Shown piece after piece: positions 47,788-60,478 of a stretch of 64,000 nt of DNA. The notes beneath the pieces are model-generated. The model saw only the letters and a program-made list of their open reading frames with translations. It was not told the DNA's origin and made no database searches. Position 1 is the stretch's first letter. Each line of letters opens with the position of its first letter. The position numbers were made by a program, and so were the translations under genes. This stretch comes from Deltaproteobacteria bacterium (GTDB lineage: Bacteria > Myxococcota > Kuafuiibacteriia > Kuafuiibacteriales > Kuafuiibacteriaceae). Location: assembly GCA_040218735.1 (NCBI GenBank), contig JAVJQW010000041.1, positions 352,001 to 416,000 on the forward strand, given 5' to 3'.

Positions 47788-49110
47788 TCACACGCTGCGT
47801 GACCCCTGCCCGGGCTGGGCGTAGGGGTCGAGGGTCATCGCGACGTTGCGGACGAAGGGGCGACCCAGCGGCGTGACCGCGAGGCGCCGGCCGTCGAGCT
47901 CGACGACGCCGTCGTCGATCATGCGCTCCAGGTCCGACGAGGGCTCGAGGTCTTCGTACAGCTCGGTCTCGAACCGGCACAACAGATCGCGGATCAGGTC
48001 GGCGCGGCGGTTGTCCTCGGCGTCGCGCACGTGACCTCGGATCGTCGCGAGCTCTCCGCGTTCGATACATTCGGTATAACGCTGCAGCTGCGGTTCGTTC
48101 TGCGCGTACGCGCCGCCCACGTCGCTGATCGACGTGACGCCGAGGCCGACCGTGCTGTCGGGCGGGTCCACGGTGTAGCCCTGGAACGTCCGGTTGAGCG
48201 TCCCCGCCTCGGCGGCGATCGCGAGCGGGTCGTCGACGCGGGCGAAGTGGTCCATGCCGATCGCGACGTACCCGGCGGACGTCAGCCGCTCGTAGGCCTG
48301 CTCGTACAACGCGAGCTTCTCCGCGCCGAAGGGGATCTCGGCGATCGGGAGCCGACGCTGGTGCCCGAGCCGCGCCGGGAGGTGCGCGAAGGCGTACGTC
48401 GCGATGCGATCCGGGAGCAACGCGACGACGTTCTCCAGCGTGGTCGCCCACGACGCCGTCGTCTGGTGCGGGAGCCCGTAGATGAGGTCGAAGTTGAGGC
48501 CCGCGTAGCCGAGGTCCTGCACCGCCGTCACCAGCTTGGCGACTTCGTTGACCGGGTGCTCGCGCGCGATGGTGTTCTGCACCAGCGGGTCGAAGTCCTG
48601 GATGCCCATCGACACGCGCGTGAACCCGAAGCGACGGAGCGCCGTGAGCTGGGCGATCGTCGTGACGCGGGGATCGACTTCGATGCTGAGGTCCGCATCG
48701 CCCTGGAGGGCGAAGGTGTCCGCGACGATCCGGAGCGCGCGCTCGAGCTGCGGGATGGTGAGGAACGTCGGCGTGCCGCCGCCCCAGTGCATCGCCCTGA
48801 GGTCCGGGCGGTGTCCGATGGCCTCGACGAGGAGCCGCGCCTCCGCTTCGACGGTGTCGAGGTACTTGTCGGCGCGCGCGCGGTTCTTGGTGACGGTGAC
48901 GTTGCACCCGCAGAACGCGCAGCGCGCCTCGCAGAAGGGGAGGTGGACGTAGAGGCCGACCGCCTCGTCCGGGCGGATGCGGGCGAGCGCGGCGCGGAAC
49001 TGGGCGGGCCCGAAGTCGTCCGACCACGCGGGGACCGTCGGGTAGCTCGTGTAGCGCGGCGCGGGGACGTCGTAGCGTTCGATCAGGGGGCCACGGGCGG
49101 ACGAAGGCAT
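47788..49110 (-). CDS. hemN: Oxygen-independent coproporphyrinogen III oxidase (radical SAM)
   Basis: PRYTSYPT, YVHLPFCEARCAFCGC, HWGGGTPT, DLIYGLP.QT, IGMDHFA, R.FQGY. Confidence 0.95.
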   Translation of the reverse strand: MPSSARGPLIERYDVPAPRYTSYPTVPAWSDDFGPAQFRAALARIRPDEAVGLYVHLPFCEARCAFCGCNVTVTKNRARADKYLDTVEAEARLLVEAIGHRPDLRAMHWGGGTPTFLTIPQLERALRIVADTFALQGDADLSIEVDPRVTTIAQLTALRRFGFTRVSMGIQDFDPLVQNTIAREHPVNEVAKLVTAVQDLGYAGLNFDLIYGLPHQTTASWATTLENVVALLPDRIATYAFAHLPARLGHQRRLPIAEIPFGAEKLALYEQAYERLTSAGYVAIGMDHFARVDDPLAIAAEAGTLNRTFQGYTVDPPDSTVGLGVTSISDVGGAYAQNEPQLQRYTECIERGELATIRGHVRDAEDNRRADLIRDLLCRFETELYEDLEPSSDLERMIDDGVVELDGRRLAVTPLGRPFVRNVAMTLDPYAQPGQGSRSV

Positions 49111-49123
49111 GACCTGCCGTTTG

Positions 49124-49138
49124 GCAATTCGCGTGCCC
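49124..49138 (-). promoter_or_regulatory. Probable sigma54 promoter of hemN
   Basis: Minus strand GGGCAC-GCGAA-TTGC, 13 nt before the ATG. Confidence 0.6.
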
Positions 49139-49226
49139 GGCGTGGCGACGACGGGGCGGGCGCTTCGTGTTTCGAATTCGTAACGCCGGTGGGCGCGGGG
49201 CGGGCGGGTCTGGTAGTCGAGCGCCC

Positions 49227-49664
49227 ATGGAATCTGCCGCCAGGATCTACGCCGGGCCGATCGTCGTGACGCTCGTGTACCTGCTCCTCTACTACCTCTT
49301 CCAGCTCCACATCATGCGCGTGAAGGGGCGGCTGGTGAAGGAGTACAAGGCGCGCGGCGAGAAGTTCGACCGCTACTTCGGACAGGACCGGCACATGCTG
49401 GCGGCCGATCGGATCCAGCTCAACATGCTCGAGCACATGCCGCCGTTCTTGATCCTGCTGTGGCTCGCGGCGGTGTTCGTCGAGCCGTTCTTCGCGACGG
49501 TCGTCGGCGGTGTGTATGTCGCCGCGCGCGCGCTGTATCCGTTCTTGATGGGCGCGCGTCTCGGGCGCGGCATCCAGGCGCGGATCCTGATCGCGACGGT
49601 GACCGGCTACCTGGCGCTCGTCGCGTTGATGGGCGGCCTGGTCTGGCGGATGGTGGGCGCATGA
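49227..49664 (+). CDS. MAPEG-family membrane protein
   Basis: DRIQLNMLEHMPPF, ARALY; several TM helices. Confidence 0.85.
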   Translation: MESAARIYAGPIVVTLVYLLLYYLFQLHIMRVKGRLVKEYKARGEKFDRYFGQDRHMLAADRIQLNMLEHMPPFLILLWLAAVFVEPFFATVVGGVYVAARALYPFLMGARLGRGIQARILIATVTGYLALVALMGGLVWRMVGA

Positions 49665-50122
49665 GGTTCGCGCTCGCGCTGCTGTGTCTGCTCCTCCCTT
49701 CCGTCGCGTCCGCGAAGACGGTGAAGAGCGCGGACGCGAAGGTCCCGGTCGCGCGTGTGGTGAAGATCGTCGAGCTGGTCGACAAGCCGCACATCAAGGT
49801 GAACCTCGTCGTGCAGGACCTCGGTGGCTCGACGGACGTCAGCCCGACGCAGCGGCTGTTCTTCACGCTGTACTCGAAGGGCGAGATGTTCAGCACGGAC
49901 GCCGCGTTCGATCTGGGGCCGGTGTTCGGCGTGAAGTCCGCGAAGCGCAAGAGCGGCGGCGTCTACGAGGTCACGCTCGACGACGGCTTCACGGGGAAGA
50001 CGAAGACGATGACGGTCGACGCGCGCGAGGCGATCGTCGCGATGAAGAAGGTGTCGTGCGACGACTTCGACTGCGCCGCGTCGAAGGACTTCGCCGCGAC
50101 GATCGAAGTCTCGGGCCCCTGA
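49661..50122 (+). CDS. Small exported protein
   Basis: Signal peptide MRFALALLCLLLPSVASA; ATGA overlap with the MAPEG gene. Confidence 0.75.
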   Translation: MRFALALLCLLLPSVASAKTVKSADAKVPVARVVKIVELVDKPHIKVNLVVQDLGGSTDVSPTQRLFFTLYSKGEMFSTDAAFDLGPVFGVKSAKRKSGGVYEVTLDDGFTGKTKTMTVDAREAIVAMKKVSCDDFDCAASKDFAATIEVSGP

Positions 50123-50254
50123 ACGCCCCGCGGGCACACCCCGTGCCGCACCGCGGCACCTGCGCGCGGGTGTCCGGCAGATGACCGACCCCGGGTTCGC
50201 TCGCCGGTTGATCCGATGGCGTGCGACCTGAACCTACATGATGATGACCGAACG

Positions 50255-51220
50255 ATGGGTACAGGGGTCGTGGTGGTCGTGGACGCGAACCCGGGCGCGC
50301 TGGTGGTGTCCCGGAACATCCTCGCGCGCGCCGGCTACGAAGTGCACACCGCGCCCGACCCCGACGAAGCGTGCTCGCGCATCCGCACCGCCGGTCCGGA
50401 CGTGTTGCTGCTCGACGCCGCCTACGCGTGGCCGCACGTCCTCGGGCAGCTCGAGGCGGCGAGCTTCGTGCGCGTCCCCGTGGTGCTCGTCGCGCCCGCC
50501 GGCATGGGCCAGGTCATCGCGTCCGACCTCGCGGACGACGGCGTGCAGAACATCGCCGGCGTCATCGAAAAGCCGTTCCTCTCCGACGCGCTGACCTGCG
50601 CGGTCCGCGACGCCGTCCTCGACTGCAAACAAACGCGCCAGCTCGAGATACGCGGGCCCGTCACGCTCGACACCCTCCAGGAGACCCTCGACGCCGAGTC
50701 GGCGTGTGACCTCCTCGGCGTGCGGCCCGTCGTCGAAGTCTCGCCCGTCGACGAGCCCGACCGCGACGATCGCCTCGACCTCATCCGGGAGGTGCGAAGC
50801 GCGCTCGAGTTGGATGGGACACCGCCGCCGCCCGACGTCCTGATGTCCGGTCGCATTGGCGACATCACCGTCCCGCACCTGCTGCAGTTCGCGGAGGGGT
50901 TGTCGGTGACGGCGATGATTCGTCTGCGCTGCGACGAGCAGCGCTTCGTCGTCACGCTGCAGGAGCGTCACGTCGTCGGTGCGCGGCGTGGTCTCGCGCG
51001 GCGCGACGTCGATGACGCGGAGGCTTGTCTGCAGATCGTCGGCGAGGCGCTCGCGCTCACCGACGGCACGTTCTCCGTCGAGCGTCGTGAGCGGGTGTCG
51101 AGCTTGATTCGCCTCCCGCTCGCCGCGGTGCTCCTCGACGGTCTGCGTCGGCAGGACGAGGCGTTGCTTCGCCTCGACGCGACGATCGAGACGCCGCGCC
51201 GCGTCCCGATGCACTCCTGA
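50255..51220 (+). CDS. Response regulator receiver plus DUF4388/PATAN-like domain
   Basis: VVVD, PDVLLLD, IEKPF; MSGRIGDITVPHLLQF...G.F...LLDGLRRQDE. Confidence 0.75.
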   Translation: MGTGVVVVVDANPGALVVSRNILARAGYEVHTAPDPDEACSRIRTAGPDVLLLDAAYAWPHVLGQLEAASFVRVPVVLVAPAGMGQVIASDLADDGVQNIAGVIEKPFLSDALTCAVRDAVLDCKQTRQLEIRGPVTLDTLQETLDAESACDLLGVRPVVEVSPVDEPDRDDRLDLIREVRSALELDGTPPPPDVLMSGRIGDITVPHLLQFAEGLSVTAMIRLRCDEQRFVVTLQERHVVGARRGLARRDVDDAEACLQIVGEALALTDGTFSVERRERVSSLIRLPLAAVLLDGLRRQDEALLRLDATIETPRRVPMHS

Positions 51221-51280
51221 CAGGACGGTGTCAGGAGAGCCGCCGGGCTTCGAGCCTCCTGACAGTAGGGTGTCAGGAGG
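51214..51280. promoter_or_regulatory. Two palindromic operators CTCCTGACA-N6-TGTCAGGAG
   Basis: Perfect inverted repeats at 51214-51237 and 51255-51280, upstream of the VOC-WYL gene pair. Confidence 0.85.
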
Positions 51281-51338
51281 GGGGCGGCATCTTCGTCTTC
51301 GTCGCGAACGGACGCGGCCCATGACGAAGGAGACAAAG

Positions 51339-51692
51339 ATGAAGCACCCGGTGGTTTGGTTCGAGATCAACGGAAACGACGCGAACGCGCTGCACGGATT
51401 CTACGGTGAGCTGTTCGGCTGGAAGATCGCGGCCGACAACCCGATGAACTACGGGATGGTCGAGGCCGAGAAGGGGCGCGGCATCCCCGGTGGGATCGGG
51501 CAGAAGGACGAGAAGAACCCGGGCGTCACGTTCTACGTGTCGACGACGTCGATCGACGACTCGTTGAAGGCGGCGGAGAAGCTCGGCGCGAAGACGTTGA
51601 TGCCGCGGACGCAGCTCCCCGGCGGGACGATCCTCGCGTTCTTCGCGGACCCGGACGGCAACGCGGTCGGCCTGGTCGAAGAGGCGGCGTAG
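51339..51692 (+). CDS. VOC/glyoxalase/bleomycin-resistance family protein
   Basis: VVWFEI, FYGELFGW, GGI, FADPDGNAVGL; AAGGAG RBS. Confidence 0.92.
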   Translation: MKHPVVWFEINGNDANALHGFYGELFGWKIAADNPMNYGMVEAEKGRGIPGGIGQKDEKNPGVTFYVSTTSIDDSLKAAEKLGAKTLMPRTQLPGGTILAFFADPDGNAVGLVEEAA

Positions 51693-51702
51693 ACTCCTCG
51701 CC

Positions 51703-52404
51703 GTGCGTCGCGCCGACCGCCTCTTCAAGATCATCCAGCTCCTGCGGGGGCGGCGGCGCGCGGTGACGGCGAACGAGCTCGCGGAGAAACTCGAAGTCTC
51801 CGAGCGCACCGTCTATCGCGACATCCGCGATCTCGTGGCCTCGGGGACGCCGATACAGGGGGAGGCGGGGGTCGGTTACTCGCTGCATCGTGAGTACGAC
51901 CTGCCGCCGCTGATGTTCGACGAGGACGAGATCGAGGCGCTGGTGCTCGGCGCGCGAATCGTGGCGGCGAACGCCGACGAGGTGTTGGCGCGCGCGGCGA
52001 TGTCCGTGTTGTCGAAGGTCGAGGCGGTACTGCCGAAGGGGCTCGACGATCGCATCGCGAAGACGAAGCTGTACGCGCCGCGGCGCCGGATCTCTTCCGA
52101 GGTCTCCGACACGTTGGTCATCGTGCGCACCGCGACCGCGGAGCACCGTCGGCTGACGATCGAGTACGAGGACGAGAGCGGCGCCTCCAGCTCGCGTTCG
52201 CTGCGCCCGCTCGGCGCGTTCTTCTGGGGCCGCACCTGGACGGTCGCGGCGTGGTGTGAGCTGCGCGAGGCGTTCCGGAACTTCCGCTTGGATCGCATCG
52301 CGGCGATCGAGCTGGGGGAGATCTACGAGCCCGAGGCGGGGCAATCGCTCCACGACTACCTGCTCCAGTACGGACCCCAGGCGACGAAGATGCTCGAGCG
52401 CTGA
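51703..52404 (+). CDS. YafY-family HTH-WYL transcriptional regulator
   Basis: RRADRLFKIIQLLR, LEVSERTVYRDI, GVGY.L, LPPLMF, AWCELREAFRNFRLDRI. Confidence 0.95.
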   Translation: MRRADRLFKIIQLLRGRRRAVTANELAEKLEVSERTVYRDIRDLVASGTPIQGEAGVGYSLHREYDLPPLMFDEDEIEALVLGARIVAANADEVLARAAMSVLSKVEAVLPKGLDDRIAKTKLYAPRRRISSEVSDTLVIVRTATAEHRRLTIEYEDESGASSSRSLRPLGAFFWGRTWTVAAWCELREAFRNFRLDRIAAIELGEIYEPEAGQSLHDYLLQYGPQATKMLER

Positions 52405-52449
52405 CCCTCGGTTTCTCGACGGCGCGGTCGGTGGCATGGTCGCGTGCCG

Positions 52450-53222
52450 ATGAAGAAGCTGAAGAACGGCGAGTACACGGCGGCGCTGCGTCCGCTTCAG
52501 GTCGAGCTCGCGAAGCTGCAGTCCTGGATTCGTGTGACGCAGCAGCGCATCGTCGTCATCTTCGAGGGGCGCGACGCGGCGGGGAAGGGCGGCACGATCA
52601 AACGCATCACCGAGCCGTTGAACCCGCGCGTGGTGCGGGTCGTCGCGCTGGGGACACCGACGGAGCGAGAGAAGACGCAGTGGTACTTCCAGCGCTACGT
52701 CGCGCACCTGCCGGCCGCGGGTGAGATGGTGATCCTGGATCGCAGTTGGTACAACCGCGCCGGCGTCGAGCGCGTGATGGGCTTCGCCTCGGAGGAGGAG
52801 GTCAACGAGTTCCTCCACGCCGTTCCGCAGTTCGAACGGATGCTCGTGCGCTCCGGCATCATCCTCATCAAGTACTGGTTCTCGGTGAGCCCGAAAGAGC
52901 AGGAGCGCCGGTTCCAGAGCCGCATCGACCACCCGACCAAGCGATGGAAGATCAGTCCGATGGATCTCGAGTCGCGGCTGCGCTGGGACGAGTACTCCCG
53001 CGCGAAGGACGAGATGTTCGCGTACACGGACATCAAGCAGGCGCCCTGGTACGTCGTCGAGGCCGACGACAAGAAACGCGCGCGCCTCAACTGCATCTCG
53101 CACCTGTTGTCGCTGCTGCCCTACGAGTCACACATCCGCGAGAAGATCGATCTGCCGCCGCGCCCGACGCGGTCGACTTACGTGCGCCCGCCGTACGACG
53201 AGCAGAACGTGGTGCCGAAGCG

Positions 53223-53229
<7 letters not shown>
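52450..53229 (+). CDS. ppk2: Polyphosphate kinase 2
   Basis: FEGRDAAGKGGTIK, QWYFQRY, DRSWYNRAGVERVMGF, DDKKRARLN. Confidence 0.95.
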
Positions 53230-56305
<3,076 letters not shown>

Positions 56306-56306
<1 letters not shown>

Positions 56307-57874
56307 CAGTGGATGTGTCCGTGCGCGGGCTCGCCGGCCGCGCTCTGCGCGAGGCGCACGAGGTGCGCGCCTTCGGTGACGACGCGCTCCTCGACCGCGA
56401 GGCCCGAAACGATCCCCACGCGTCCGCCGGCGCGCGGGCCGACGCGGACGAGTCGCTCGGCGAAGTGCTCGCCGTCGACCTGGACGTAGACCACGCTCTT
56501 GCCCTCCCGATCGACGATCGCGCTGCGCGGGACGACGACCCCTTCGAAGTCGTCGCCCGTCGGGAGCGCGACCTCCACCAGGCCGCCGACCCGCATCGCG
56601 GGTGTGGTGTCGTTCAACGCGTAGACGACGTCGACGGTGCGCGTTCGCTCGTCCACCTTCGGCGCCACCGCGATGACCGAAGCGGTCGGCGACGCGCCTC
56701 CCAGCGCGATCGGGATCCAGCGATCGTCGCCCGCGATCGAGAAGGAGGCGTCGACGTCCGTGCGGAGCCGCGCCGCGTCTTGCTCGGGGACCCGCGCGAC
56801 GATCCACAGGACGCGCGTGTCCACGATGGAGAACAACGTCGCGCCGGCCGATAGGGTCGCGCCGGGCGTCGCGCGGACGGTGGCGATCGTTCCGGCGATG
56901 GGGGCGCTGAGCCGCCACGCACCCTCTCGCCCCGAACCGCTCGCGCCGGAGAACAGCGCGGCGGTCCGCTGCGCGGAGCGGACCGCCTCTTCGGCGATCT
57001 TCGCTTCACGTTCGGCGTCCTCCAGCTCGCGTTTCGCGATGGCCTCGTCGCGATAGAGCCGCTTCGCGCGATCGAGCGCGGCCTTCGCGGCTTGGAGACG
57101 ACCCTCCGCTTCGGCGACGGCGAGCTTCGTCCTTGCGACCTCTTCGGGCGACGAAGGCGCGGGTACGAACGACGCGAGCGTCTGGCCCTTCTTGACCTGC
57201 TGACCCGGGCGGACGAGGCCCGCACGCGGCGCGACGACGCGTCCGGTGACCGGCGCGGCGACGACGGCCTGGCCGTCGGGCGGTGTGTCGATTCGGCCCG
57301 GGACCGTGACGGTCGCGACGAGGTGCGAACGCGTCGGGAAGACCGTGTCGAACGGGACGCCCCACTGCTGCTCCTTGAGGAACTCGATCACGCCGACGTC
57401 TTCTTCTTCCTCCGTCTCGGCCTTGGCCTCCGCGGTGACGGTGATCTCGATGCCCTCGACGGTCCCCGACCTGCGTCCCTCCACGCGCACCCGTCCGCGG
57501 TAGACACCCGCCGTAGGGGGCGTCGCCTCGAGCACGTAGATGCCGCGCCGCAGCGGCGTCTTCGTGGTGCCGCGGATCGTCGCCGGCCCCTCGAGCTCCA
57601 ACGTGACCGTGCCCTCCGTGAGCGGGCTGAAGTCTTCCAGCCACGTGAGGTGTGCGAGGAGTGAGATGGGTTGGCCGACGACCGCCGCTTCATGCTCGGC
57701 GAACAGCTCGAAGCCGCCGCTACACAGGGTGATCGACTCCGTGGCCGCGCTGTGACCGTGCTGGGGCGCGTGATGGTCGTGTCCCGCGGGGTGCGCGGTG
57801 CTGTGGTCGTGACCGTCCTCGTGCTCGTGGCAGCCGGCGAGGGCCGCCAGGAGGAGTAGGCAATGCACTCTCAT
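56306..57874 (-). CDS. RND periplasmic adaptor lipoprotein with His-rich N-terminus
   Basis: Lipobox ALAGC, HEHEDGHDH..., FLKEQQW, APVTGRV, VDERTRTV, C-terminal HGHIH. Confidence 0.9.
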
Positions 57875-59037
57875 TCGAACTCACCTCGCGCCGCGCGCAG
57901 CTCGACGTGCGCGGTCTTGGCCGCGAGCGCGAGGTCGAGCGCGCGGAGCGCGACCTCAGTGCGAACGCGGCGTGCGTCGATCAGCTCGACGACCGTGCGT
58001 TGCCCCTCGCGGTACCCCGTCTCTGTCGCGCGCTCCAGACGTTCGACCCGCGCGACCGTCGCCTTCGTGAAGCGCACCGACTCGTCTCGTGCCGTCGCGA
58101 ACGCGAGCGCGGCGCGCTCCTCTTCGAGGCGAGCGCGCCGCGCGGCCGCCTCTGCCCGTGCGTGCATCGCGCGCGCGGCGGCCTCGGCCTGGGCGTCGAG
58201 GCCTTGGCCGCGCGAGAAGACGGGGAGCCCCACCGAGACGCCGGCGACGTAACCACCACCCGGTTGGTCGAGCACGCCGAAGCGCGGGCCGCCAAAGAGG
58301 GTGAGCAGCGGAATCCAGGTCCAGGTGGCTCCCGCGGCGTCGGCGCGGTCCTTCGCCGAGCGCAGGAGGGCGACGGAGCGGCGCTCCTCTGCGTTGGCTG
58401 GAGACGTTTCGTCGAGCCCGAGGTCCCCGTCGATCTTCACACCTTCGAGGCCGAGCAGAATCGCGAGCTCGCGGACGAGCTGTTGCCGGCGCGCTCGCGT
58501 CTCGCGCAATGCACTCGCCGCGATCTCGCGTTCGATCTGGACGCGCGCCTCGTCGTAACCCGCTGTGTGGCCTTCCTCGCGTCTCCGCGAGACGACGCGG
58601 GCCGCTTCGTCCAGGCGGGCGACCGCCGATGTCTGCACACGCTCGCGCTCCGAGGCGGCGACCGCGCGGTAGAAGAGCCGAAGCGCGCGCACCGTCGCGC
58701 CGCGGGTCGCGTCTGCGGCGGTTGACTCCGCGGCGAGCCCCTTTGCGTGCGCGATGCGCTCCCGCGCGTTGCGACGGCCGGAGAGATCGAGCGGCACGTT
58801 CAACGTGATCTGGTCCTCACGCTCCGCGTCGAAGGTCTGCCGGTTCCACGCGAGCGATGGGTTCGGGTACAGCGCCGCGCTCACCCGCTGGGAATCGACG
58901 AACGCGGCGTACGCCTGAGCGGCCCGCGCGTCCGCGTCATGCTGCTGCACGCGCTCGACGACCTCGTCTGCGGTGATTGCTTCGGCGATCCGTGGAAACA
59001 CGAGGAAGAACACGGCGAGCAAGATCCGATTCAGCAT
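57871..59037 (-). CDS. TolC/CzcC-family outer-membrane efflux protein
   Basis: YPNPSL, PLDLSGRR, GLPVF.RGQG, GYREG...ELIDARR; start 59037 or 59076. Confidence 0.85.
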   Translation of the reverse strand: MLNRILLAVFFLVFPRIAEAITADEVVERVQQHDADARAAQAYAAFVDSQRVSAALYPNPSLAWNRQTFDAEREDQITLNVPLDLSGRRNARERIAHAKGLAAESTAADATRGATVRALRLFYRAVAASERERVQTSAVARLDEAARVVSRRREEGHTAGYDEARVQIEREIAASALRETRARRQQLVRELAILLGLEGVKIDGDLGLDETSPANAEERRSVALLRSAKDRADAAGATWTWIPLLTLFGGPRFGVLDQPGGGYVAGVSVGLPVFSRGQGLDAQAEAAARAMHARAEAAARRARLEEERAALAFATARDESVRFTKATVARVERLERATETGYREGQRTVVELIDARRVRTEVALRALDLALAAKTAHVELRAARGEFE

Positions 59038-59087
59038 CGGAGTTTTCGTCGGACGGCTGCGAGGAGGCGCTGACATCTTCGTCTTCT

Positions 59088-60044
59088 CTAACTTCCGAGG
59101 AGGCCCAGGAGGATCTCGACGCCGTGGTGAACGAGGTCGGCGCTCGCCGCAGCGCCGACGATGACGATGGCCGTCGCGACGCCGAACATCCAAGGCGTCG
59201 GACGGTCGGAGCGCGGGCGGTCGTCCATCAACACCTCGACCCGCGAGCGGATGTCCGAGCCGGAGAAGGCGGAGGCCCCGTCGGGGACGTGGATCGTGGA
59301 GCGGGTGAGGGCGACGAGCGCGCGCGCGACGCGGACGCGGCTGTCGAGGACACGCGCGGCGATGTCGTCCGCGGCCATCTCCTGGGCTCGTGCGATCGAA
59401 CGATCGAGCCATCGCGCCACGAACGGTAGGTGAAAGGCGAGCGCGAGCCCTGCGACGTAGCGACGGAGCGGGTCTCGGCGGAGGACGTGTGCGCGCTCGT
59501 GCGCGAGCACCGCCGCCAGGTGCTCACGACCTGCAGCACCGAGCAGGCCTTCGGTCACGTAGAGGCGCGGGCGGAGCAGACCGAGCACGAACGCCTGCGG
59601 TGCGTCGAACGGGAGCACCGATGTCTCGCCGTCGCGACGGCACGTCGCGTCGAGCGTGCGGCGCGTGCGAACCGCTTGTACGAGCGCGTACATCCGCGCG
59701 ATCGCACGCGCGCCGACGCGGACCGCGGCGAGGGCCGCCACCGCGATGAGGAACAGCGAGGGCCAGGCCGCCACATGGTGACCGCAGATGTGCGCGTGTA
59801 CGTGAGGATCGCCGGCGTGGCAGTGGTCCGTGATCCATCCGAAGGATGGGGCGAGCGCGGCGAGGAGGAGCACGCCGGCCACGAGCATCGGCGCGAGCGC
59901 CGCAGCGAAGTAGATGCGCGCGCGCGCCGTGGCCGTGAGGCCCTCGATGTGCCCACGAAGGAGTGACAGCGTGACCGCGGACGCGCCGGAGACGGCGGCC
60001 GCGATCAGTGCGAGCGCGGCGACGCAAAGGACGATGAGGGTCAT
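59088..60044 (-). CDS. M56 (BlaR1/MecR1-like) membrane metalloprotease without penicillin-binding domain
   Basis: GLLRPRLYV, VLAHERAHV.RRD, EMAADD; His/Cys-rich loop DHCHAGDPHVHAHICGHH. Confidence 0.88.
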   Translation of the reverse strand: MTLIVLCVAALALIAAAVSGASAVTLSLLRGHIEGLTATARARIYFAAALAPMLVAGVLLLAALAPSFGWITDHCHAGDPHVHAHICGHHVAAWPSLFLIAVAALAAVRVGARAIARMYALVQAVRTRRTLDATCRRDGETSVLPFDAPQAFVLGLLRPRLYVTEGLLGAAGREHLAAVLAHERAHVLRRDPLRRYVAGLALAFHLPFVARWLDRSIARAQEMAADDIAARVLDSRVRVARALVALTRSTIHVPDGASAFSGSDIRSRVEVLMDDRPRSDRPTPWMFGVATAIVIVGAAASADLVHHGVEILLGLLGS

Positions 60045-60466
60045 TCGCCCTCCTGTTCGCGGCGCTTCTTTTCGATCAGCGCCTCGAGCCGATCGAGTGA
60101 CGCAGAGTCCTCACCGGCGACGAGGTCGACGAACGCCGACAGGAGGCCAGCTTCACGCAGGACGCGGGCGCCCCCCGCGGCGTCGAGCATGCGCTGCGCC
60201 TTGAACGTCTCGCGCGTGAGCGCGGCGCGGTATCGATACGCGTGGGAGACCTTCTCTCGAACCACGAGTCCCTTCTTGAAGAGACGCTCCAGCGCGGAAC
60301 CCACGGTATTGACCGAGATTCCGCGGCGACGCCCCAGAGCACGGTGGGTCTCCTGGACGTCCGCCTCGTCGACCCTCCAGAGGTGTTCGAGGACGGCGAG
60401 CTCCAGCTCCCCGAGCTGCGGCAACCTTGATCTGGAGCCGGACACCGCCGCGAGGGTACGCGGCAA
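60041..60466 (-). CDS. BlaI/MecI/CopY-family repressor
   Basis: LGELELAVLEHLW, NTV...LERL.KKGLV.R....AY.Y; TTG start. Confidence 0.9.
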   Translation of the reverse strand: MPRTLAAVSGSRSRLPQLGELELAVLEHLWRVDEADVQETHRALGRRRGISVNTVGSALERLFKKGLVVREKVSHAYRYRAALTRETFKAQRMLDAAGGARVLREAGLLSAFVDLVAGEDSASLDRLEALIEKKRREQEGE

Positions 60467-60478
60467 AAACTCCGACCG

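Noticed and set aside
51214-51280. Inverted repeats as transposon ends or a MITE
   Set aside because: Each is a self-contained 24-26 bp palindrome with a 6-nt spacer, with no transposase or target duplication. An operator reading fits better.
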